A stretch of 63,611 nt of DNA, counting the filler, from Hausera hauseri (Eukaryota), in assembly GCA_046269625.1 (NCBI GenBank). It is 11 parts of 11 records of this genome, joined end to end, with 100 filler letters (N's around TTAATTAATTAA, not from the genome) between each part and the next. Parts side by side here need not be neighbours in the genome. Positions count along the whole stretch, not along the records: positions 17,912 to 25,205 come from JBJURY010024008.1; positions 25,306 to 32,629 come from JBJURY010022342.1; positions 32,730 to 37,750 come from JBJURY010359154.1; 8 more parts are not named here. One strand, written 5' to 3'. Of the stretch, positions 23,833 through 35,304 are shown piece by piece. Each line of letters begins with the position of its first letter. Within the stretch, counting starts at the first letter, position 1. Under the pieces are notes generated by a model. It was not told where the DNA came from. It saw only the letters and a program-made list of their open reading frames with translations, and made no database searches. The position numbers and the translations under genes are program-made.

Positions 23833-25205
23833 CAGTCTGGGCCACGTAAATCTCACCCGAGAGTGAAAAATTAAATAACCTACTGAACATAGAAGTAAAT
23901 GTCTTTGTTTAAGCATAGACAGATAGGAATCCATATATGAACAGTACGAATCCGGTGTTAGATATTCGAAAACAACTGTACGAGTGGAATAATAACTGAG
24001 TAGAACTCGAAAACTCGATGAACCGTTTGTTTTGCGGATAATCTGATGGCTTCAATAGATTCCCCATGTGCCAAAACCTATTATGGCAGCACAGTGGATG
24101 CGATTAAATCATCCAAACAAATGTAATTGTTTTATAAAAAGGAAACAAACAATAAAAGTAAAAAGCAATAAAAATAAAATAAACCAATGAATTGAAAGCC
24201 AAAATATAATTAATCTTAACCTAATATATGTTGATATTAAATTGTTTTCCACCTGCATCTATACAATCTTGAAGTCTGTCTGGTAGTGATCGGCATACTT
24301 TCTCACACAAATCCAGAAATCATCTGAAACGCATCTACAATCGCGAGTCTTAAATCATTCAATGTATCAATGTGATTGGCAAACACTTTGTCCTTGATGA
24401 ATGGCAATAAGTAGAAATCTGGTGGCGTTAAATCGGACGATCTACCTGCCCATTCTATAGGTCCTCTCCGACGTATTCATCTCCCAGGAAATTTCTTATT
24501 CAACCAGTTACGAACACACTCGACGAAATGTGGAGGAGCGCCGTCTTGCTGTCATATTAATTGATGAATATTATGTCGTTGATGAAGAACTGGTCAAACA
24601 GTATCATTTAATAGGCCAAGATACTTTGCAGCTGTGACAGTCCCTTCGATGAAGTAAGGACCCACTATTGCAATTGTTGGAATTCCTGCCCATACTGTTA
24701 TCCCAGACAAGTTTAAGAAATGTTCTACTGTTTGATGAGGATTGCTGTCATTCCAATATATGCAATTGTGTCTGTTAACACATCCATTATGTTTAAATGA
24801 TGCTTCACCTGTTCAAATAATTCTGTCAATTAATGAATTATCATCATGATATTGACTGAGAAAAATCTCAGCAAACTGAGATCGGATATCATAATCTTCT
24901 GAATGTAATCCTTGAACGAGACAAGGAATGAACGGATGTAAATTCAGTTCGCTCATTATTGTTCGAAGTAATATTTGTGACATTTGTAACTGAGATGATG
25001 TCCGCAGGGAAGAGGTTGTAAAATTTTCAACGTAAAAAGTAGAAACCGTTTCCTTGTTCCTTTTGTATATACAATGGACCCTTATGTTTCAAATTTTTTA
25101 CCAAATTTAGATAGCACGCTTTGAAGAGATACGGTCATTAGGATAAGTTTCTTTTCACCTTTGGAAGCACTCCTTAATGCTTTATTGCTCGAAATAATAC
25201 TTTTT
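23833..25205 (-). mobile_element. Tc1/mariner DD41D (rosa/visitor-type) transposase pseudogene
   Basis: QQDGAPPHFVECVRNWLNKKFPGR*IRRRGPIEWAGRSSDLTPPDF: 41 residues between the last two Asp. Terminus TA-CAGTCTGGGCC at 23831. Confidence 0.88.
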
Positions 25206-25379
25206 NNNNNNNNNNNNNNNNNNNNNNNNNNNNNNNNNNNNNNNNNNNNTTAATTAATTAANNNNNNNNNNNNNNNNNNNNNNNNNNNNNNNNNNNNNNN
25301 NNNNNACACACACACACACAAAATTCTATTGGTTAATTATTACCATATAAGAAGTAGTAAATATGACAAATTTGAAAAA

Positions 25380-25835
25380 ATGAGTTGTTCAATCTGCTTT
25401 GAAACTATCACTGGCTTCAATATCCGTTTGCATGGATGCAGACACCGTCACTGTCTCAATTGTATCGTCGATTGGTTTAAACAGCGTCCAACATGTCCAG
25501 TGTGTCGCAATACTAACAGCAGATGCACAATTTACAATCAAGATGGACACAGCGTCAAATCCTGCCCGATAACAAGATTAAAGAAGCTATCAAATAATGG
25601 ATGTGTCGTTTGCTGGTCTCCAGATGTAGAATATACAGTGGTTGCCTGCTTCAAGCAACATCACCAGTGCCTAAACTGTTTTATAAAGTTGGGATTGGAT
25701 GGTTGCAGTCAATGCAAAACAATCCGGCAGAATGTAGATATCTATAATTCAGACAGAAAGCAGATTTCAGATATTACAAGATTGGCTAATAAAAATGACT
25801 CTTGGATAGGCCTGGGTGAAGACGCATTTATGTAA
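25380..25835 (+). CDS. Small intronless protein with two tandem RING-type zinc fingers (candidate E3 ligase)
   Basis: CSIC..CRHRHCLNC..W..CPVC and CVVC..CFKQHHQCLNC..CSQC. AATAAA overlaps the stop. Confidence 0.8.
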   Translation: MSCSICFETITGFNIRLHGCRHRHCLNCIVDWFKQRPTCPVCRNTNSRCTIYNQDGHSVKSCPITRLKKLSNNGCVVCWSPDVEYTVVACFKQHHQCLNCFIKLGLDGCSQCKTIRQNVDIYNSDRKQISDITRLANKNDSWIGLGEDAFM

Positions 25836-27414
25836 ATAAATCTTCGGTGTTTGGTTTGAAGCATTTTTACTAACCATACTTGTTTATTTTGCTACCTTTT
25901 TAAGCACAGTTTTATTTCGAATTTATTTTAATGATAAATGTTAAAAGTATGTAATGAGAACAGTCACTAGGATTATTATTCTGTTATATAAATATATAAA
26001 TAATATTAAATTATTATTTGTAGTATACTGTAAAAATATCCATATACATACTGTCATCAAGATTTCTTAAGTACAATCATAAAATGGAAGTTATTAAATA
26101 CACTAAATATGAAACGGAATTTTGTGCAGATACGCTTAAAGGTCGAGTGGATAGGATGAATGGTCGTATTTCTCGAATAAATTGTGTCTGATTATGAAAT
26201 GTAGATTTGTTTTTTTTTCAGTAACAAAATAGCCGTAAACGTTTGAAAACCCAATTTTTTTAAATAGGGCATGGTGATTTTTTTACTACATAAAGTCGAA
26301 ATTTTCTACTTTGAATATTCGGGTTCTTTTATAAGCGCAACAAAAGGATTCAGAGTTATTTTCGTTGGCGGATGTATTCGTAATGAAAAATCTTTTAATT
26401 CCATAACAAATTTGAATGTATCGGATATCGTAATCTACAGAATTAGCTGGAATTATGGTTTTCAATATCCGTTATTTGATCAGTTCGAGTTAAGTTGGTA
26501 AGAGGGCTTCGCTATCTGGTTTGTTAACATAATGGAGGAGTAGGCTTAAGAAGACAAATGGCTACTGGCAATCACGGCAAATTGTCTGCAACCCCCCCAT
26601 CCTTTCGCAACGGCCTTAAATAATTCTCAATCCATCTGCATCACATTTAACGTAGATTTTCTATGTGATAAAGGCGGATGGCAAGGAGATTTATTTAAGT
26701 GAGTTGACTTCATCTATAAACCATGTAGAGTAATCTGGCAAAGAGATTCTTGAGGATCTAATGAATGACGATCAAGAATTCGACTCGAGAATTACAATCG
26801 TACAGACATGACCTCGAATGTGAAATAAGAATACAAAGAAGAATGACCGACTTTCATTCACTTCATTTGCCCTTAAATACAGAGGCGAGGAGTAAGGGCG
26901 TGGTTGGGCTATCCCACTAATTCCCTTGGGGGAGGACATTTATATAACACAGAACTTTCCAGGTAAGTGATCCGGAGAAGGTGCACAACTCGTCTGGAAT
27001 ATATGAAAGAACAATCCGTCATAATATACTCTGCTGCGTGGCGTTCTTAGCAAAAGAAACCTGAAAGACAGAATGATCGAAAAAAAAATTTCTACTACCA
27101 CTGCTGTGACCAACCTTCAAAAATCAAATTATCGACAGAACATAAAATTATCAGATAAAACATTCACAATGACCTCCAAAAAATGTCATAATTTACACCG
27201 AAATACAAACCAATCAAAACAATCGATAAAACAAATTTGTTACTAAAAATAGTTTTATGATATGCCAAAATAGAAAATTGAACAAACACGCATAATAAAC
27301 AACAATGAGTCAATCGAACCAATGACAATAAGTAGAGTATAATGTCAATAATAAAAATCTAATAAAAACTAGAAAACAATTTAATTTGAAAATCAATATT
27401 AAACAATCGCTAAA

Positions 27415-27995
27415 AATCCAACCTCTATCGTGTAATTTGTCGGTGCCCCACGAAGCCAATTCAATTCGTCGTTCCAATCATCCATTCGCCACGCTTTTGG
27501 ACCGAATAAAGGTAATGTCATGTTGAAAAGTAAATTCTCGATCCAATTAGCGTACTGGCAATGCGTATCAAACAAAATCGCACTGCCATTAATAATTCCC
27601 GGTTTGGCCGTGACATCAGAGGCCAATGAAAGATAATAATAATGTAACCCTGGCAAATCCGGGAAATCGGCATTTGATTTGTTCAATCTCTGAAGAATCC
27701 AACTGTAGAAAAAACCGCGATTGAGAGCCATATTGTGCATGTGTAATAATGCTGTTCTGTTGGCAATCCATGGAACTTTATGCAACGAATTATACTGCGG
27801 GATCATGCCAACTGTCGATGGATCGAGTGTCAGTTCATCCCAGGATTTGTATTTACAATTCTCCCTGTTTACTGAATCCATTTTATTCATGATTATTTCG
27901 AAATTATCATGGGGATAATACGTAAACGGTGATTTCGATGAAATGTTTGCATAAGTATATCCAATAAATAAATCGAATAAAATAAAATGGAGCAT
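27415..27995 (-). CDS. First coding exon of a conserved invertebrate secreted/membrane protein (possibly GPR158/179-type Cache ectodomain family)
   Basis: Signal peptide MLHFILFDLFIGYTYA, then NRTALLHMHNMALNRGFFYSWILQ..PGLHYYYLS..ADV..INGSAILF..LFGPKAWRMDDWND. Probable donor GTTGGA near 27422. Family recalled from memory. Confidence 0.6.
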
Positions 27996-28589
27996 TTTCT
28001 AAAAGAAAGGTTAATTTATTAATGAATGATGAAAACGATAATATAGAAAATAAAATTATTTCCTGACAAGATTTAAAAATACGCAAAATCTTAGTTAAGT
28101 TAAACAAGCAACTTTTATGAATGATGACCTTTAATATATTGGAAGTTGAAAATCTTTTTAGATGAGAGTAAACATGTACACAAAGAAGTTTTCCTTAGAG
28201 ACAACCCTGTTTACATGTAATGTAATAATACATATATTAATTAAACGTCGGTTAAAATGTGTAATTTTTCGTTGAATGATAAGGGGCGATAGTCTATGAG
28301 TGCCGCCATTTTGTTGACACAAAAGTCAGTCATTTTCAGTTGGATATTTTTCACTTCCCATAAAAACCACTACAAAATTATTATTTCCGAACATGGAATC
28401 CAAATAAAGTTACTATGTTCCAAATAATGTGCCAATCCTTGTACTTCAAATGAATCACAAAAGCTACCGACATTAATGCATAAAGCTGCTGCTGACTGCA
28501 AAGAAATAATGATATCGACATTTTTCTTCATACAAAACGAAAATTAAGCCACAAAAAAGAAAATACGTTAACAAGCAACTTTAATACTT

Positions 28590-29911
28590 ACCTTCTGTAT
28601 ACCTTCATCATCATCGTTATCTTGCTTAAATTCATCGGCTTTTATGTCCGATATCAACACAGCTCGCAATTTATTTTCCAACTGGATAATTCTTAATGAA
28701 ACATTCAAACGCTATATCCGATAATTTCCGCAAAAGTACCTGTAAGATTTAAAGTCTGTAAGACTCTTTTCAACATTTTCCAAGCTTTTATTCAAAAGCA
28801 TATTTGAAATTTTAATATTAACACGCTATAAGAAAATTGATGACAATTCCAGTATGAAATCACGCCTTATGTGGAAAATTTAAACCGTCCATCCCATTTT
28901 CTGCACCGAACAGTTGTAGAAATTTTTATTTTGCTAATTAACCATTTCAGATGACCATTTCATAGTATTCAAAGACAAACTTCGTATTTCGTTAGTAGAA
29001 TTTGAAATTCTACTAATTCTTTATATAATTAAACTATATATATAAATATGTACTATATAGATTTTTTTTCAAATTTCCTAAATTATCAATTTTCTAACTG
29101 TCGCCCATTTGTATTCCTTCATTATAAAAAGGATACTGCTGATTAAGTCCAAAAGTAATACCAAATTTCGGGCAACTTTATTCTCATTTCCATAATCATT
29201 CAATATACATTGCTATTCAAAAAAAATTTATTTCATAAGCACTATATTTGTAAACAGTTACTAAGTATGGAAATATACGTTGTATTTATAAAAAATATCT
29301 ACAGAATTTTATTTAAATATATACCCAATATATAAATTGTTAAATGTTAGCCACAGTAATAAATACACAGTAAAAAATACCCCGTGAGTCGCCTAATTTA
29401 TAAAAATTAATTAAAAAGCGGATATACTATAAATTAAAACTTACCACAATTAGCAAAGACGATATAACGGTCGAACCCGACTTATCCTCGCCATTCTCAA
29501 CCTCTGACGACTGCCCAATGGACTTATCCAAAGATAGAAATCCATTCCTTATTCCGTCTCGTAATTTCTGTAGATTTGTCGGACTACCGAACTCATCTAG
29601 TTCGAGTGACTGAAATTCCGGTGTATCCATAATTGACTATAATGAAACAAAACAATAAAATCAACTTAACCCGATGATCGAAATTACCTGCAGAAGTCGT
29701 CGTGAACAAATTTCACTGACAGCACTTCCAGCATGACCGTCATAGACACCGAAGTATGACCAATTCTGAAATGGTGACTGCAAACTCAATATAGCTGTGT
29801 GAGCATCCTCCATGTCGATACGCCACCCTTGCATCGCTGAAAGACCGTAGCTTAAATTTGCGCCAACTTCCAAATGACTAGTTTTCTCTGTTTTTCAAGA
29901 AATGCTCCCAT
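28590..29911 (-). pseudogene. PPM1A: Protein phosphatase 2C (PPM1A/B-like), damaged copy with introns
   Basis: MGAFLEK / SYGLSAMQGWRIDMEDAH..YFGVYDGHAGS, 51-nt intron 29637-29687, DKSGST, LGDSRG. Frameshift after codon 7; the catalytic C-half is not visible. Confidence 0.8.
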
Positions 29912-31056
29912 TTCTAAAATAAAAATCTGAAATGATGAAAACCTACAACAAAATGAATAAATTAAATAAAAAGTGCCATGCTGGAATAGAATGGTATTTG
30001 ATGAAATTTAGAAGAAAATGATATAAATGACATTCCGTCTTTAAAAAATTGAACAAATTTAAACAAATTTATATGATCATATCATTTGACAAATATATTA
30101 ATTTTTCAAATTTCAATATTTCATAGGTTAGTTTAATTATGTCTTATTTCTTTTACAAATTTTTGCTCAACATTTTTGATTGATTGATAACCGTTAAATT
30201 TATATTGAGTTATGTTGGAGGGGATTAACTAAAAATGGAAGTTGGATAATTTTGCCTCCAGTTCTTAGTTTCTCTAAAAATGAGTTAATTCATTTTAATT
30301 TCATTTGCTTTTTCCGATTGGTGATAAGCATCTGAATATGAAATTGTGGTTTGTTAAGTTTGTTAAGAATTCATATTTTAAGTTTTACTATGGCAAGTTA
30401 TGTAAATGAAACATTACCTGAAAATAATTTTACATTGAGTACTGTGACGAAACAAAGCATCAATGTTTCGATCAAGAAATTTGATTGAGTTACTCATGCA
30501 CTCAAATTCCTGTCAAAGAAATTAAATTACAACTATTACATTAATTACAATTACTCTAATAATTATTATATCGTGGGTAAACTCTGAATCATACGTATTG
30601 TTTTCGCTGAATGATAAGAATTCACCGGAAGATAAAGTTTCATTAATACAGATACAAAAATAACCAACACAGAAAAAAAAACTTAAATCAAAACAAGAAT
30701 TTAATCATAATACCATCCTTCCACATTTACCTGTATTTTACATATATCTTATCCACATTTTTGCTATATCACAGACATATTGACTACGTATATTTGGAAT
30801 ATTTTACCAAAAGTACCCATATCTCAATAAAACGTTAACATAATATAAAGTTGAACGATTGTTAATTTTATTTAAATTAATTCGTAGTTGTAGTTTTATC
30901 AAACTAGCTGAATTTACTCGATGAAAGACTCACTGTAAAATTGTTCGAATAAACTAATCAACATCAAAGTGTAAATGCGCATTAACCATAGTTATATTTT
31001 TCACAGAAAAATAAGTTTTTCAATTCAGAAACGAAATATTTCTCATTTAACTTTAG

Positions 31057-31825
31057 ATGAATTATGATGAAATATCGTTGGAAAATTCATCTGCATCTTT
31101 TCGGCTAGATGATATTTTATTTTGGGAACGATTGAGATTTGATTGTTTGTTTTAAATTTTTGAATATATCTGCCAAATAATTTATGGATTTTTAGGGATA
31201 TCCAATGTCAGTTCTATCAGTGATATTACGTTGCCTTTCTTTGATTTTGGTTAGTGTTTGGGATTTATCGATTTTATCCAATAAAAAGTAATTTCAGACG
31301 ATGACGTTCCGGCACTGGAAACTAACCTTTTTGATGTTCTTAGCGGTTTACTGATGCACTGGAAAGATATGGCTAGTCGATTTCAGAAACTGGAATCTCT
31401 GCACATATTTCTCTACAAAAGCTGTTACTGTGAATTATTGACAGTCGCTGGAAATTTCTGGGAATTTTTACAATTGGAATTAATTCGTCGAGAAGAAAAT
31501 CGTCGTGATTTACAGTCAAATCACCAACCTCATCGATCTCACAGCATGGATTTTACGGATATTATAAAATCAAACAATTCGGATTTGAAAAACTCCGAAT
31601 TAAATCGAAGATCGTTGAGAATTTGTCGAAGTTTTGAAGATTCCAATATGAATCTTTCATCTGTACCTGGACAAAATTCCGATCCAATCGGTTTGGAATT
31701 TGTTGATTACCTCTGCCAATTGGCAGAATTAAACAGATCTCTAGCTTTTTTTGTAATACTTGATGGTCCTCAGTCTATCCCGGTTCGATTCAGATCGTTA
31801 TACAAAAACCTTATTAAAGTGTCAG
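31057..31825 (+). CDS. Exons of an unidentified host gene with short introns
   Basis: Long open exon ~31299-31819 bounded by tttcag and GT; short upstream exons; protein-like composition. No family recognised. Confidence 0.45.
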
Positions 31826-32969
31826 TCATTCGTTATTTTTAATACTGGATTTTTAATGGAAAATTTGAGAAAATGAAAAGTTTAATTAGTAGTAGAAAAA
31901 TCAATTTAGCCGTATGTTATGATGTAATAATGATCATATATGCACCAATTATGCAAATAATCCGTAGAAATGAGTAGGTAGCGGATTTGAAAATGTGATG
32001 TAAATTTTAATTATGCTAGATATGAAACAATTATAATTAATAAAATTGTAGCTTAATTAATCATATAGTAAATAAATAAGTAAATATATATAGAGATATT
32101 TATTAAACTAAATAATTGATTATTTCAATAAAATTACAAATTTTATTTAGTTACAGATTAATCAATGATCCTAATTACGTTCTTTATATTTTATTATCTA
32201 CTTCTTAGACAATCAAAATTAAATAGAATCATAATCAGTTAATTTCAACACTAACTTTTCCGCATTTGATATCAAATAATCGTGTTCTTCTTGTTTCAGT
32301 TCTGTATTTTTGAAAATTAAAACTATATATTTTGTTAAGCAAAAAATTTCGTTTGATGCTAATTTATATCGTATTTCGTTAGATTTTTAAGTTTACTTAA
32401 AAGCTCTTTCATTTGATAGATTGAGTTATTTTATCGATTGACATATAGTTTTTTTTGATTACCTGAATATTTATGAACAATTATAAACCTCAACAGTTTA
32501 ATTAAGCCAATTTATTTAATTACCATTACCATATTGGCACGTAGACCTTAATATTTTTTCATTATAAGAGTAAAGATTTATATTTGTTAAGGTTTGTATT
32601 CCTCATATAAAATAAATAAATCTTTACGTNNNNNNNNNNNNNNNNNNNNNNNNNNNNNNNNNNNNNNNNNNNNTTAATTAATTAANNNNNNNNNNNNNNN
32701 NNNNNNNNNNNNNNNNNNNNNNNNNNNNNCAAAACTTAATAAAACTGAGAGTTATTAATTTGTTGATGCTGCAGATTTTGGTTTTTGAAAAATCTTTGGA
32801 ACTGTACGAGTGCAACAATACACAAAATAAAAAGCAACAGTACAGAGCAGGCAAACAGCTTCCTTTCGATACATAACTGGATAAGCGTAAATAAGGAAAT
32901 ATTGGACACTGCAAAACATTTTCAAACATTAAAAGCCACATTGACGTAAACAGGTATCTGTCATTGCAT

Positions 32970-33042
32970 GGTTCCATGGTGTAGCGGGCATCACGTCTGC
33001 TTAACACGCAGAAGGTCCTGGGTTCAAATCCCAGTGGAACCA
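32970..33042 (+). tRNA. tRNA-Val (anticodon AAC on a Val-TAC-type body)
   Basis: GGTTCCA/TGGAACC acceptor stem, TCTGC-TTAACAC-GCAGA anticodon arm, GGTTCAAATCC T-arm; 73 nt. Confidence 0.85.
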
Positions 33043-33513
33043 CAATTCAAGAATTGTCGTAAATTCCTCATAAACAATAACCTGCAACAATCAGTCTCGT
33101 TGCTTCATCTTACATTGTAGAAGTGACAACATTTTACTGCGGTAATCTGCTGTATGTTGTGGAAGTGACTAAGTTGTGTATCTTTGCAAAATGAAGTTGC
33201 ATAACCTCTTCAAAGATTGTACTTAAGGTTTACTTCAAGAAAATGTTTTAACATAGGTTGACTTAAAATATGTCTACAGTAATTTTCAGACACTGATTTT
33301 GACTTGTATTGACTGTAGGAGCTTCATTATGTCGAAAGGAATTCCAAACTACCTTGCTTTGAAAGCTCCATTGTAAGAACAAAAACGAAGATAACCAAGG
33401 AAGTATCTGTGGACGTCTGAATATGGGTACTTTACTAAAGTTGAAAAGGATGTTGTCATAAAGAAGACAGGAACAAGGTGTTTTTGATAAGTTACCTCTC
33501 ATTGACCTTCATT

Positions 33514-33583
33514 GATTCCAAAGTGTAGCAGTCACCAGGTCTGCTTCACATGTAGGTCCTGGGTACAACCTCAAGTGCAACCA
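33514..33583 (+). pseudogene. Degenerate tRNA-Val copy
   Basis: gattccaaagtgtagc..tctgcttcacatgtaggtcctgggtacaacc..gtgcaacca, with broken stems. Confidence 0.7.
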
Positions 33584-33996
33584 ACCAGTACCAATGTTTT
33601 CCAGAGGTAAGTCAAGCCCTATTGTTTGTTCCAGTAAGCAGTGTTGACGAGCAATTCCTTTTCCTTGTCCTCTGGCCATATTGTCAGGCAAGTGGGACAA
33701 CCTTATCTCTCTCAAATCTGCCCCTATTGTTGTTTACAACTAGTCAAAGTTTTCTACACAATCAAGTGAAATTGTGAGGTAGTAAAATTGTTGATGTTAT
33801 GGGTTTAAGTCTTAGAAACATCTTTGTACAAAAGGTGCAAACCACAAAGTGAAAGGCAACAGTATGCAGCTGGCAAAGGCCTTGGTTTGGAAAAACACAA
33901 CCAGATGAATGACTAAAATTGAGGAACGTGTGATCGCTGCAATACTTTCACAGACATGAGAAGTCACACTAAGTAAACAGATGGCATTTGCTGTAA

Positions 33997-34069
33997 GGTT
34001 CCATGGTGTAGCAGGCATCATGTCTGCCTCACACGCAGAAGGTCCTGGGTTTAAGTCCCAGTGGAACCA
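33997..34069 (+). tRNA. tRNA-Val (anticodon CAC), T-loop variant TTT; possibly a pseudogene
   Basis: Same body as the 32970 copy; TCTGC-CTCACAC-GCAGA; GGTTTAAGTCC. Confidence 0.7.
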
Positions 34070-35304
34070 AAATTTCTGTATCTCTTCTATTGTTTTAATA
34101 GAATTAGTTTTGACCAGCAGTTCATTATCATTGAACCTCATGTCATACTACCAAGGAAGTTGTACACCTTTTCCTGCTTAAATTTGTCTTGTTTAAAAAA
34201 AGAAACATTACTTAAACCTTTCAACAAAACTTAATAAAACTGAGAGTTATTAATTTGTTGATGCTGCAGATTTTGGTTTTTGAAAAATCTTTGGAACTGT
34301 ACGAGTGCAACAATACACAAAAAAAAAAGCAACAGTACACACATATTGCCCCTTACACATGCACTTAGAGAAGCACCAACAAGTGTGACACTGAAATGAC
34401 GGGATGGAAGCACTGGCGCATGCCCGCTGATGCACACAAGCATACACAGAGATACTACAGGGCCAGAAAAAGGGTGAGGCTGGTGACAGTCCCTGTCGCT
34501 ACGCTGGTGTCAGTCTCTCTAGAGGAAGGAGGCAGAGTGACACAGGGTGGCCAGTGGTGACACACAGCCTGTCATCAAAAAGTGACAGAGATGACCCATT
34601 TTTCTACCCAGTCAGTCCTCTCCGAACTACAGCACTTGTTCTAACTTTCTGCATTTGAATTCCCTGGAGTCTATCTTGATCTCCTTTTCACCAGCTACCT
34701 TTTAACACTAAAATTAAAGCTCTTATTTTAGGAATGTATATCTCTCACTGCCAGATTTTCCACTAAAACTATTTTAAGCTGAGAAAGGAATTAAAGCCTT
34801 TTTGGTCAAACTTTATATGACTTTATAAACTGTCTCATGTTGTGAGATCTGGTGAGATGTGCTAGGGTGGCATTCACCTACTGCTGCACCAAAATTAACT
34901 CAGTATCTGTAAAAAGGATTGAATTTTAGACATGGACTGTGTGGTCATGAGTTTTTGACTTCCCTTCTGAATGTTACTGCCACCTCCTCTTAACCACTAA
35001 CCTTATGTTACAACATTCTCAAGCAGTCACTTTGAGAAGTGAGGTACACCCTAAACAGGAAACAAGTTCATCACAGGAGCACATAAGGACAACCATTCAC
35101 ACTCACTTTAAGAGTGAAAATTTAGAGTCACTAATTAATCTAACAAACGCATCAGATGTTGTTTTGTTTCCCAGTTGCTGATAAAACTAAACCAGGGTGA
35201 AGTAGTGGGGGAAACAGAGAAAGTAGATTTTTAGGAGCAATAAGTGATCTGATGTCCTCTAAGACAGGACGTGATGAAGGTTGAAAAGTCTGGCAAAGAA
35301 CTTT

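Larger units (their letters stand above)
32730..34345 (+). repeat. ~1.5-kb tandem repeat unit containing tRNA-Val genes
   Basis: 32730-32845 recurs nearly identically at ~34224-34340. Confidence 0.8.
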
